Assembly (NCBI GenBank): GCA_963702565.1 | Contig: CAVPDE010000011.1 | Span: 40,918 to 104,917, forward strand | Origin: an uncultured delta proteobacterium | GTDB lineage: Bacteria; Desulfobacterota; DSM-4660; Desulfatiglandales; HGW-15 | Direction: 5' to 3' | Length of the DNA: 64,000 bases | Part shown: piece after piece, positions 53,814-63,912 of the stretch | Numbering within the stretch: the first letter of the stretch is position 1 | How the letters are laid out: each line of letters starts with the position of its first letter | Position numbers and translations under genes: made by a program | The notes under the pieces: generated by a model | The model's input: only the letters and a program-made list of their open reading frames with translations | Database searches by the model: none | Told to the model about the DNA's origin: nothing

Positions 53814-56800
53814 TTACATTTCGTTAATCATCGCCATGATCTGCCCTTCCTCGAATCCCTTGAGGTTGAGCGCTCCTGAGCGGCAGGAAGCCACGCAAAG
53901 ACCGCAGCCTTTGCAGAGCACCGGGTTGACCTCCGCCTTACCCGCGAAAGGCCCCTTCTGAATAAAAGAGGGCGCCGAGTAGGGGCAAATCTCCACACAG
54001 ACCCCGCAGCTGCTGCAGACGGCAGGGGTCGTGTAGGCGACCATGCCGCTCACAGAGATAGTCTTTCTGGCCAGCAGAGTGACCGCTCTGGAGGCGGCTG
54101 CCTGGGCGTGGGCCACCGACTCATCGATGGGCTTTGGATAGTGCGCCATACCGCAAAGGAAGACCCCGTCCGTGGCAAACTGGGATGGGCCCAGCTTGGC
54201 GTGAGCCTCCACAAAGAACCCGTCCTCGCTCACGGGGACCTTGAAGAACTGGGCAAGCTTTTCGTCCTTGTAGGGAACGATGGCCGAGGCCAGGGCAACC
54301 AAACCCGCCTTGATCAGGATGGGCCGCTGGAGCACATGATCCATCACCTCGATCTCAAGTCCCTCTGTACCGGCGGAGACTTTCGGTTTCTGAGAAACAG
54401 AGAACCGGATGAAGAGAATCCCCGCTTCTCGCGCCTTCCTGTAAAGGAGTTCCCGCTCGCCGTAGGTTCGGATGTCCCGGTTGAGAATGTAAACATCCAT
54501 GGCTGGGTTCAGCTCTTTGAGGTGGAGGGCGCTTTCAATGGAGTGGGTGCAGCAGACTCTCGAACAATAGGGTCTTTGCGGTTCGCGCGAGCCCACGCAC
54601 TGGATGAACACGGCGGTTTGAACCTTCTTGAGCGATGGGTCGTGATCGATGAATCTGCGGTCCAACTCCTGGTGAGTCACCACCAGGGGATTTTTCCCAT
54701 AAAGGTACTCCTCGGGCTTGTACTCACAGCATCCCGTGGCCAGCACGGCGATTCCGTGGTCAATGGTTCCCTGGAGGGTACTGGACTGAAACGTGGACTT
54801 GAAGTTTCCGACGAACCCTTCGACCTGGGTCAGCTCGGCTCCGAGGTGGACGCGGATGTTTTTGTCACCCTGGACCGACTGCACAAGGTCCCCCAGGTTT
54901 TTCTGGATATCTTCTCCCTGCCACGTCCTGTAAAGGTTTAGGGCCTGACCGCCGAGCACGCGGGATTTTTCGATGATGTCCACCTCATAGCCCTGGTCGC
55001 TCAAGGTCTTTGCCGCCACCATCCCGGAGATGCCGCCACCGACCACGAGCGCCCGCTGGTTGATATCCAGGACAGCCTCAGGGAGGGATTCCATGAGAGC
55101 CACCTTGGCCACGGCCATGCGCACGAGGTCTTTGGCTTTGTTCGTGGCCTCCTGAGGATTGTCTTTGTGGACCCAGGAGTCCTGGTTGCGGATGTTGGTC
55201 ATCTCGAAGAGGTACTTGTTCAGCCCGGCGTTGACAAGGGTTTCCTGAAAGAGAGGCTCGTGGGTCTTGGGCGTGCAGGCCGCCACCACGATCCGGTTGA
55301 GGGCGTTCGCCCTGATCACCTGGGCCATGGTGTCCTGAGTGTCCTGCGAGCAGGAGTAGAGGTTGTCCGCTACGTACTCGACGTAGGGAAGCTTCTTCGC
55401 ATAGTCGCGCACAGCCGGTACATCCACCACGCCGCCGATGTTGATGCCGCAATTGCAGACAAAGACGCCGATGCGAGGCCGCTCCCCCCGAATGTCTATC
55501 TGCTCGGGCACCTCTTTCGCTTTGGTCAGCGTATTGCGCGCGCTACTCAAAAGGCCTCCTGCTTGGGCAGCCGCCGAACTCGCTTCGATCACGGACTGGG
55601 GAATGTCCTTGGGTCCCTGGAAAGCCCCGCACACGTAAATGCCTTCCCTGGAGGTAGCCACTGGAGCAAAAGAACCGGTGCGGCAGAATTGCGATTCGGT
55701 GAGGTCGATGTCGAGCTTGTCGGCCAATTCCACGACCTCCGGCGAGGTCTCCATCCCTACGGAAAGGACGACCATGTCAAAAGCCTCTTGGCGCAATTCA
55801 CCGTTTTCAGTGGCATACTTGACGCTGAGATCTTCGGACTGCGAGACGGCCTCCACGGAGTGAACGCGGGACCGGATGAAGCGAACGCCGTGTTTTTCCC
55901 GGGCCGCGTCATAGTACCTTTCGAACTCCTTTCCGTGGGTCCTCATGTCCATGTAGAAGATGGCGCAATCGAGATCAGATCCTGAATGCTCCTTGGCGAT
56001 GACCGCCTCTTTGATGGCATACATGCAACAGACGGAAGAACAATAGGGATGGTCACACTGATGCATGTCCCTGGACCCGACGCACTGGAGCCACGCGATT
56101 TTCTTGGGCTCCTTGTGATCGGACATGCGGGCGAGATGCCCCAGGGTAGGACCGGACGCTGAAAGGATCCTCTCGAACTCCATGGAGGTGACCACGTTCG
56201 GAAGCTTGGAGTAGCTGTAAGTATCGTACTTGGAGGGGTCAAAGGGCTGAAAGCCCGGTGCAAGGATGATGGCCCCTACTTGTACCGTCGTCCTTTTTTC
56301 CTGGTCATCAAATTTGATAGCTCCTGAGGAACAGAATTTCTCGCAAGCTTTGCACTTACCTTTTTCGAAGAAAATGCAGTTATCTTTGTCGATGGCATAT
56401 TTCAGAGGCACGGCCTGGGCGTAAGGGACATAAATGGCTTTCCGCTTGATCAAGCCTTCATTGTAATCGTCTTCAACCTTTTTGGGACATTTCTCAGCGC
56501 AGGTACCGCAACCAATACACTTCTCAGGGTCCACGTATCGCGGATGCTGCAGAATGTCCACTTGTAGATTTCCGGGCTCTCCCCTGACATTTAGAACTTC
56601 TGAAAGCGTAAGCAATTCGATGTTTAGGTGCCGGCCGACCTCGACCAGTTTGGGGGAGATAATTCACATCGCACAATCATTAGTGGGAAACGTCTTATCC
56701 AGTTGGGCCATGACCCCGCCTACAGACGGGGACTTCTCAACGAGGTAGACGTGGTAGCCGGAATCTGCCAGGTCAAGCGAGGCTTGCATCCCTGCAATAC

Positions 56801-56846
56801 CACCGCCGACGACCATTACTGATCCTGTGGGTTTATGGGACATCAT
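53814..56846 (-). CDS. hdrA: Large HdrA-like flavoprotein (HdrL-type, two FAD/NAD dinucleotide-binding regions), selenocysteine-containing (in-frame TGA 56664-56666)
   Basis: Track ORFs 56664-56846 and 53814-56615 are in the same frame. The read-through sequence is VVGGGIAGMQASL...KTFPTNDCAM-U-IISPKLVEVGRHLNIELLTLSEV, the known Cys/Sec site of HdrA. There is a second GGGISGMVAA motif mid-protein, several CxxCxxCxxxCP ferredoxin motifs, and about 1010 aa in total. Confidence 0.85.
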
Positions 56847-56891
56847 TCTGCTCCTTGAAATTGTTTGAGACGCGGAGGGCTCAGCTTGTGA

Positions 56892-56920
56892 AACATAGTT
56901 CTGAGGCGGAGAGTTGTCAA
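56892..56920 (-). promoter_or_regulatory. Sigma-70-like promoter candidate for the hdrA operon (TTGACA, 17 nt, TATGTT)
   Basis: On the minus strand: TTGACA (56915-56920), a 17-nt spacer, then TATGTT (56892-56897). AAGGAG lies 5 nt upstream of the ATG at 56846. Confidence 0.5.
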
Positions 56921-57120
56921 CCGAAATATCCGTGAAACTACCTGAAAAACTTAAGGATTCATACTCATAGGGTAGTAATCAGGATATCATCCGAGCCGTC
57001 TGGAATTAAGTCTCTTCCAAATGTTTGATGATGATAGAAAGGCCAAATCATCGAGAAGGCATTCCGGGATTGGTCGTGCGATGAGGGCTGGAATTCGGGT
57101 TAAGAAAAAGGCAAGAGGCT

Positions 57121-58188
57121 CTAAGATTGCGGAAGAGGTAATATGATTCTGAACGTGCTTCCCTTGCCGGGGCTGCTGAGGACCTCGATTCTGCCGTCGT
57201 GCTCCTTCACGATTTCATGAACCACCATGAGCCCGAGGCCGGTGCCGTCGGTTCCCTTTGTGGAGAAGAAGTGGGTGAAGATTTTCTCACAGGTGGTGTC
57301 GTCCATCCCAATCCCGTCATCGACCACCTCCAACATGAGATGGCGACGGTCATAGAAATCGGCTTTCAAAGTGACGGCGTGAGAGTCTTTTCCTTTGTCC
57401 CTGCGGCACGCTTCCAGCGCATTGGAAAGTAGGTTGATCAACATCCGGCGCATGGCCCCGGGATCCATATGAACCACAGGAAGGCGTGGGTTGGAGTTTG
57501 CTCTCAGTTTGCACTCGATGGACTGAGCTTTTTCGTAAAAAAACGCAATGGACTCCATGAGCATTTTATCAAGGACAACTGCTTCATAGACCGGCTTTCT
57601 TTTCTTGGTGGAATAAAGGATATTCTGGACCAGGCCGGAAATCTCCTGGATGTTTTTCTTGACCACAGACCATCCTTTCTTCATCAGTTCCTGATCTTGG
57701 TCCTTCAGCGCTTCATCCACCACATAGGCGCCCCCCTGGAGACCCTCCAAAATGTTCTTGATATCATGGGAAAGGATCGCCACAGACTGGCCGAGGAGAG
57801 TGAGTCCCTTCTGGGCCTCTTTCACTTTGCTGATGTTGGACGACAGCTCCAGAACAGCGACTACATTGCCCAGGGCATCCGTAATGGGGGAAGAGTAAAT
57901 CACCACGTGGACGGGTTCCCTTCCGCCCAGATGCACGACCTCTTCGCTTACGTGGGCCTTCTTGTCCTGAAAGGTTTCCCAGACCGGGCAGGAAGAGCAA
58001 CGGACGGAACTCCTTAAATAGACTTCATGGCACTTCTTGCCGATTGCCTCGCCGAAGTCATTCCGAAAGGTCTGGTTGGTTTGCAGGATGGTGAAAGATC
58101 GGTCTTGAATGGAGACATAGCATGGGAGCAGATCGACAATCGCCTTGTACCCAAGGTCAAGGAGTGTGGGATGGCTATTCTCGCCCAT
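57121..58188 (-). CDS. Cytoplasmic sensor histidine kinase with a Cys-rich PAS domain
   Basis: PAS domain with PCY...C-x10-C-x2-CP, HisKA (LSHDIKN) and HATPase_c (DDGIGM, FFSTK, GTGLGL). Confidence 0.9.
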   Translation of the reverse strand: MGENSHPTLLDLGYKAIVDLLPCYVSIQDRSFTILQTNQTFRNDFGEAIGKKCHEVYLRSSVRCSSCPVWETFQDKKAHVSEEVVHLGGREPVHVVIYSSPITDALGNVVAVLELSSNISKVKEAQKGLTLLGQSVAILSHDIKNILEGLQGGAYVVDEALKDQDQELMKKGWSVVKKNIQEISGLVQNILYSTKKRKPVYEAVVLDKMLMESIAFFYEKAQSIECKLRANSNPRLPVVHMDPGAMRRMLINLLSNALEACRRDKGKDSHAVTLKADFYDRRHLMLEVVDDGIGMDDTTCEKIFTHFFSTKGTDGTGLGLMVVHEIVKEHDGRIEVLSSPGKGSTFRIILPLPQS

Positions 58189-58235
58189 TGTCCAGCAGTC
58201 TCCAGAAGGTGTAAACGAGGAAAACTTGTCCTGCG

Positions 58236-58628
58236 CTATTTCAAGGCGTTCCGTATTGCTTCCAGGATCTCATCAGGCTCAGGCGGTTTCTCGATGTAGG
58301 CCGCGGGCTCGGGGATTTTCTCCCCCTTGTATTCATCCAGCACTTTCTGGGAGTGGAAAAAGGTTTTCTTGGAGAGCGCCGAGAGCATGATCACAGGAAT
58401 CCCCTTCAGTTCAGGGTCGTTCCTTAACTCGCGATAGAGGTTGATCCCGCTCTCTTTGGGCATCATGATGTCCAGGATAATGAGAGCCGGCCTGCTCTTG
58501 CGGGCCACTTCCAGCCCCTGGAAACCGTCTTGAGCCGTGAGAGGCTTAAAGCCGTTGGTTTCCAGCAGGGTGGTGATGAAGGTTCTCATGTCCAATTCAT
58601 CATCAACGACAAGGACTTTCTTCGCCAT
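58236..58628 (-). CDS. Stand-alone response-regulator receiver protein
   Basis: KKVLVVDDELD, IILDIMMP and PVIMLSA. Confidence 0.9.
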   Translation of the reverse strand: MAKKVLVVDDELDMRTFITTLLETNGFKPLTAQDGFQGLEVARKSRPALIILDIMMPKESGINLYRELRNDPELKGIPVIMLSALSKKTFFHSQKVLDEYKGEKIPEPAAYIEKPPEPDEILEAIRNALK

Positions 58629-58693
58629 CTTTAGACTCCTTCCAAAATGGGGTCAGATTATCTCTCTGCTCATTCGAACACCGAGGATGCCCC

Positions 58694-59197
58694 CTAGTAC
58701 ATGCTTCCAGGCAGAGTGAACTGTTTTGCCGGATTGCGGATCGCGATGACATGGCAATGGGCGTATTTGGAGACATTGCCCACCGTGCTTCCGTGAACCA
58801 TGCGATCCTGTTCAGCTTTGCCGAGGGCCCCCATGACGATCACATCAATGCCGTTTTTCTTCGCATAACGGATGATTTCCACATCGGGCGACCCGCTCTT
58901 GACAACGAACAAGTAGTTCTTGAAATCTCCGAGCTTCTTCTCGTACTCTTTCTTGAGCGCCTCTCTGGCCCGCTTCTCCACGTCTTCGTCATAGAAGGCC
59001 TCGCCGCCGGGAGCCCCTGAAGGAACATGTTCGTCAACCACATTCCTCAGATAGGAATAGGAGGAGTGGGGAACATGAAAGATGTGGAGCTTGGCGCCAT
59101 GCTTCTTCGCAAGGTCGAAGGCGTGCAGGAAAGCGATGTTGGCGTCCTCTGAAAAATCCGTGCAAAAAAGGATGTTTTTGTACTCTATCATAGTCAA
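58694..59197 (-). CDS. Universal stress protein (UspA family)
   Basis: ILFCTDFSE, and VIVMGALGK...GSTVGNV (an ATP-binding G-2x-G-9x-G(S/T) type motif). Confidence 0.85.
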   Translation of the reverse strand: MTMIEYKNILFCTDFSEDANIAFLHAFDLAKKHGAKLHIFHVPHSSYSYLRNVVDEHVPSGAPGGEAFYDEDVEKRAREALKKEYEKKLGDFKNYLFVVKSGSPDVEIIRYAKKNGIDVIVMGALGKAEQDRMVHGSTVGNVSKYAHCHVIAIRNPAKQFTLPGSMY

Positions 59198-59220
59198 CCC
59201 CTCTCAGAAGTAATGATGTG

Positions 59221-60366
59221 TCATGCGGAGGGCTTCTTATCGGGAAGCCTCACCCTGAAGACCGTCCCCTTCCCTTTTTCGGACGAGACGTCAATGACCC
59301 CTCCGTGCTCATCAACGATTTTCTTGGCGATCATCAAGCCAAGGCCCGTGCCCCTCGAACCCTTTGTGCTGAAAAAAGTCTGAAAAATTTTCTTTCTCGT
59401 CTCTTCATCCATGCCGCAGCCATTGTCCGTCACCTGGTATTCCACGGCCCACCCCTCGGGCTTTAACGTCCGGAGGGACACCTCGCATGTTTTTGAAGCG
59501 CAGGAAATGTCCGTGCATGCATCAATCGCGTTGGTCACCAGATTGAGGAGAACCCGGTGAATCCCTTCGCGGTCAAACCACGCGTGTGCTAAACCCTGAT
59601 CCGGTGCGATCTTTAACGCAACACCCGTCTCTGAGGCACGGGAAAGCATTAGATCATAAACCTCCTTGGCAGGTCCATTCGGATCGCAGAGTTGCACCTC
59701 AGGCTCCCTCTCCTTGGCGTAGTTCAGGAGATCCACCGCCATGCCTTTGATCTTTTGAACGTTCCCCTTGATCATTTGCCAGCCCTGGCTGAGATAGGTC
59801 CTGTTCTCCAGATCAATGCCTTTTTCAAGGACGTACATCCCACCCGTCAGACCGGCGGTGATATTCTTGATGGCGTGGGCCAACCCTGCCACGGTCTGGC
59901 CCACAGCCGCAAACCTTTCCGCTTCCACAAGCTTCCGGCTCTTTTCTTCAACCAGCGTCTCCAGGTTTTCCGTGTACTCCCTGAGCCTCTTTTTGTATGA
60001 AAGCTTCTCCAGTGCCCTTCGAAGGGCAATGTCGAGCGTTTCATCGTGGATGGGCTTTGTGATGAAATCAGACGCATCGTACTTGAGACTCTGTATGGCA
60101 AGCTCCATTTCGCCGTGTCCTGTGATCATGATGACTTCGGTGTTGGGGCTTTCTGCCTTAATGCGCTTGAGCAGTTCGATCCCATCCATCCCGGGCATCT
60201 TAATGTCGGTGAGAATGACCTCGGGACCCGCTTCATGGAAAACCCGAAGCGCCTCTTCACCGTTTTCAGCGGTCAGCACCCGGTAGCCCCGGTCGGCCAG
60301 AGAGATGCCCAGGACTTTGAGAATGCCCGGTTCATCATCCACAAGGAGCAATTGCTTTTCCATCAA
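59221..60366 (-). CDS. Hybrid response regulator-histidine kinase (REC + HisKA + HATPase_c)
   Basis: LLLVDDEPG and ILTDIKMPGMDG, then GLAHAIKN, then DNGCGM, FFSTK and GTGLGL. Confidence 0.9.
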   Translation of the reverse strand: MMEKQLLLVDDEPGILKVLGISLADRGYRVLTAENGEEALRVFHEAGPEVILTDIKMPGMDGIELLKRIKAESPNTEVIMITGHGEMELAIQSLKYDASDFITKPIHDETLDIALRRALEKLSYKKRLREYTENLETLVEEKSRKLVEAERFAAVGQTVAGLAHAIKNITAGLTGGMYVLEKGIDLENRTYLSQGWQMIKGNVQKIKGMAVDLLNYAKEREPEVQLCDPNGPAKEVYDLMLSRASETGVALKIAPDQGLAHAWFDREGIHRVLLNLVTNAIDACTDISCASKTCEVSLRTLKPEGWAVEYQVTDNGCGMDEETRKKIFQTFFSTKGSRGTGLGLMIAKKIVDEHGGVIDVSSEKGKGTVFRVRLPDKKPSA

Positions 60367-61850
60367 GCCTCGTGAATCCGGGGAAACCTGATGATAAAGG
60401 TCGCCCCTTCCCCTTCCTTGCTTTCCACCTTGATCGTGCCGTCATAATCCTGCACAATGCCGTAACTGATGGAGAGACCGAGCCCTGTCCCCTTGCCCAC
60501 CTTCTTGGTCGTGAAGAAAGGTTCGAATATCCTGTCGAGAAGGGGTTCAGGGATTCCGATGCCGGTATCGGTCACTTCAATGGCGACCATCTCATCTTCA
60601 ACCTTTGTTTTCAAGATGATCCGTTTCACTTCTTCCTTCGGGGCTCTTTGCTCCCCTTTCTTCTCGATGGCGTCTCTGGCATTGATCAGGAGGTTGACGA
60701 AAACCTGCTCCAGCCGGTTGGGATCAGCCAGAACCGCGGGAACATTCTCATCAAGGTCCTCCACGACCTCGATTTCCCGCAACTTCAGTTGCTGCTTGAA
60801 AAAGTCAACCGCCCGTCTCAGGACGTTGTTGACCTGGACCTTCTCCTTTGCCACGTCTGATTTCCGGCCGAACTCCCTCATGTGGCCGATGATTTTGGAT
60901 GCCCTGTCCACGTGGGTGTCAATCTCTTCGGCCATGGTCCTGAGAATGTCTGTCCTCATCGGCTCCCCGTTGTCGGCCTTTCTTCGCAAGAAGCTGCTTG
61001 CCGTCTTAATGACCGAGAGGGGCTGATTCAACTCGTGGGCAACGCCCGTGGCCATCTCTCCCAGGGTGGCCATTTTGCTCGCCTGGATCAAGTGCTGCTC
61101 GGCCATCAAACGCACCGTGATGTCGCTGGCGGTCACAAGAAGAACCTTCCAGCCGTTGAATTCAGAGGAAGAAATGTGAATGCTGACATAGATGACCTTC
61201 CCGTCCTTGCGTACCTGTCTTGCCCGGTCGATGATGTTGGTGGTTTTGAGACTGACCTCATAGCTCTTCCGATCGTTGCCCTCGAATAGATCAAGGAAGG
61301 AGGTCATATAAATCTCCTCTTTGGAGAACCCATACACGGCTGCAACGCTTTCATTGCAGTCGAGGACCTTGAGGTTCTGCGCGTTCAAAACAAAGACCGG
61401 GTTCGGGATCGTGTTGAAAATGATCCGGTATTTCTCTTCTGATTTTCTTGCCTCCCTTTCGAGGGACTTCATCTGCGTCAGATCGAGGCTCATTTCCATT
61501 GCCGCGATCACCTCCCCTTTATCGTTCTTGAGGGGGGAGGTCTTCACCAGCCAGTAGGTCTCGGTGCCCTCCTTGGTCACGGCCTGTTCTTCGCTCACAT
61601 GGGGTCGTCCGTCTTCAAAGGTCTTGAGGACAGGGCAGTTAGGGCATTTTTCGGAACGGCCTTTGTAAGCCTTGAAGCAGAAATCCCCCGGTTCTGGTGA
61701 GAACATCTTTTCGAACTCCCGGTTGTATCTCAGGAGCTTCAGATCCCGATCCTGGACCGTGATGTAGCAGGGAGACTCCTCAAAGAGGGTCTGGTATTCG
61801 TTCTGGTGGCGATTGGATGATTCTTGTTTAGCCTTGATCAAAGGGTCCAT
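60363..61850 (-). CDS. Sensor histidine kinase with two PAS domains, the first Cys-rich
   Basis: PAS1 with PCY...C-x11-C-x2-CP (paralogous to 57121-58188), then PAS2, HisKA (GVAHELNQP) and HATPase_c (DTGIGI, FFTTK, GTGLGL). Confidence 0.9.
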   Translation of the reverse strand: MDPLIKAKQESSNRHQNEYQTLFEESPCYITVQDRDLKLLRYNREFEKMFSPEPGDFCFKAYKGRSEKCPNCPVLKTFEDGRPHVSEEQAVTKEGTETYWLVKTSPLKNDKGEVIAAMEMSLDLTQMKSLEREARKSEEKYRIIFNTIPNPVFVLNAQNLKVLDCNESVAAVYGFSKEEIYMTSFLDLFEGNDRKSYEVSLKTTNIIDRARQVRKDGKVIYVSIHISSSEFNGWKVLLVTASDITVRLMAEQHLIQASKMATLGEMATGVAHELNQPLSVIKTASSFLRRKADNGEPMRTDILRTMAEEIDTHVDRASKIIGHMREFGRKSDVAKEKVQVNNVLRRAVDFFKQQLKLREIEVVEDLDENVPAVLADPNRLEQVFVNLLINARDAIEKKGEQRAPKEEVKRIILKTKVEDEMVAIEVTDTGIGIPEPLLDRIFEPFFTTKKVGKGTGLGLSISYGIVQDYDGTIKVESKEGEGATFIIRFPRIHEA

Positions 61851-61916
61851 CGAATTGATCGCATCCTTTTTTTTCGATTCCGCCCTCGCCTGGGGTAACG
61901 CTCTCCGGTCGCCCTC

Positions 61917-63200
61917 TTACTCCTCTTCTTCGTCCTCCTTGGGGAGCATATGTTCCGGGATCACCATGTGTTCGGAAATCACTTCCTTGAAGTGGACGGC
62001 CTTGATGTCGAGCTTGTGCTCCTTGGCCAGGTCCCGGATCTGGTCGATGCAGTTGTGGCAGGGGACGAGAACCAACTTGGCGCCTGTTTCGCGGATCTGG
62101 TCGGCTTTGACTTTCCCCGAGGCCAGGCGATACTTCTTCATTTCGCCGCCCATGGGCATGGCACCGCCGCCGCCGCCGCAGCAATAGTTGTAGTTGCCCT
62201 GGTATTTCATAGGGCGAAAATCCTCGGAGACCAGTTCAGCCAAATGCCGGTTCTTTTCTGCAAGCCCTCCGCTCCGGATGACATTGCAGGGGTCCTGAAC
62301 CGTTGTGGGCACTTTGATCTTCTCTTTGAGCTTGATCCGGCCGTCCCGGAGGTAGTCGTGAAAGAGCTCCACGGAGTGAATCACTTCCTGTTTCGGCTCG
62401 TATCCCAACCAAATGGGCGCTTCGTACCGAAGCGCTCGATAGGCGTGGCCTCACTCGGTTACGGCGACTTGTTTCACCTCCAGTTCCTCGGCTCGCTTGA
62501 AGGTGTTCTCCACGATCATGCGGGCGGTAGGCGCATCATTGATGAACATGGCCAGGTTCGTGTCGTCCCATCCCTTCTCGCTCGGGACCGTCCAGTCCTC
62601 ACCGGCCACCGCGAAAATCTTGGCCACCTCCATGATGTCCTGGGGATAGAACTTGGGCTCCCTGGCGTTGACCGTGTACATGATCTTGGCCCCCTTCTTG
62701 TCGATGGGGATCTTGAGACCTACCACTTCAGCCGCAGCTTCCTCCTCGCACCACTGGATGGTTTCGACCCAGTCCTCCTTGGACACGGCCATCTGGTTGC
62801 CGGTCAGCTTGTAGTTTTCAACGGCTTTCTTGAGACCTTCGGGAGCGATTCCCAGAGAGGTCAGCAGGCCCCTCAGGGTGGAGATGAGGAAGCCGATATC
62901 AATGCCAAAGGGGCAGTAAAGCGTGCAGCGCCTGCACATGTTGCACTCGTAGTAAATGGTCTTGTAAATCTCTTGGAGATACGCCTTGTCCACCCGGCCT
63001 TTTTTCTTGAGCAGGTCTCTCAAAAATCTCACTTTGTAGGCGGGGATCATTTTGGGATCTTTCCCGCTCGCCAGATAGAAGTGGCAGGTGTCGGCGCACA
63101 TGCTGCAGTGGGTGCAGGTTTCGATCCACGTCTTCAAACGGGCACCCAATCGGGGTTTGAGGAAATCCATGATCGCTTTCGGGTTCACGTCTTCAGTCAT
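61917..63200 (-). CDS. DsrK/HdrD-like Fe-S oxidoreductase (2x[4Fe-4S] + CCG domain), selenocysteine-containing (in-frame TGA 62451-62453)
   Basis: Track ORFs 62451-63200 and 61917-62408 are in the same frame. The read-through sequence is ...QVAVTE-U-GHAYRALRYE...DPCNV...NYCCGGGGG...PCHNC. The hairpin GCGCTTCG-GTA-CGAAGCGC starts 15 nt after the TGA. AAAGGAG lies upstream of ATG 63200. Confidence 0.8.
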
Positions 63201-63246
63201 AGAACAACTCCTTTAACCAGGAAAATCTCTTTCAAAACCCACCAGG

Positions 63247-63912
63247 CTATATTGAGTATCCTCTTCTTCCGAATTCGATGCCGCTGGCTGCCCGGGAGAA
63301 GAAGAAAAGCACGGAGTGGGAGAGTCTTGTAAAAGGGATCAGGATGAGCATGAGCTCTGCGGAGAGAACATGAAAGAGCCTCATGTTGTCACCGAGAAAC
63401 TTGATGCTGTCCACGGTCCCGTGAGTGAGGAAATAGCCGGTCAGGAAAGGGAGGACCGTCACCACGATGAGGAGGTAATCGCCAGCCGTGGTAAGGAGGC
63501 GGAGATCGGGCAAGAGTGCCCTTCTCAGGATGAAAAAAATGGCGATCGCAAGAAGGAGCAGCGTCATCCAGTCCGCCCATTTATCGGGGATAGAGGACCA
63601 GGACCACCCGAAACGCGATTCTTCCCAAAGGGAGACATGGCCTGCCAGCCAAATGGGCACCACAATGAGGCAGATGTGAAAAAGGTAGACACAGATAATG
63701 AAAACAGGGTTTTTTTTCACTGTCACATTGAGAGGCAGCAGCCACCGGGCCAAGGTGGCGAGAATGTATTTCACGCTGAAATAATTGTAGAGGGGCTTAT
63801 CCTTTGTCCGGGCGACAAAGATGAATTGGGCCATGCGGATCAGTGTTCCCATGATGAAGACAAGAAAGGCGATCCACAATAGGGGTCCTTCTGCGAACGA
63901 GCTCAAGTCCAT
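63247..63912 (-). CDS. NarI-family membrane cytochrome b-like subunit (DsrM/HdrE/HmeC-like)
   Basis: 221 aa with five or six TM helices and conserved His in TM2/TM5 positions (FHICLIV, FHVLSAE). It lies immediately upstream of the DsrK-like gene. Confidence 0.65.
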   Translation of the reverse strand: MDLSSFAEGPLLWIAFLVFIMGTLIRMAQFIFVARTKDKPLYNYFSVKYILATLARWLLPLNVTVKKNPVFIICVYLFHICLIVVPIWLAGHVSLWEESRFGWSWSSIPDKWADWMTLLLLAIAIFFILRRALLPDLRLLTTAGDYLLIVVTVLPFLTGYFLTHGTVDSIKFLGDNMRLFHVLSAELMLILIPFTRLSHSVLFFFSRAASGIEFGRRGYSI

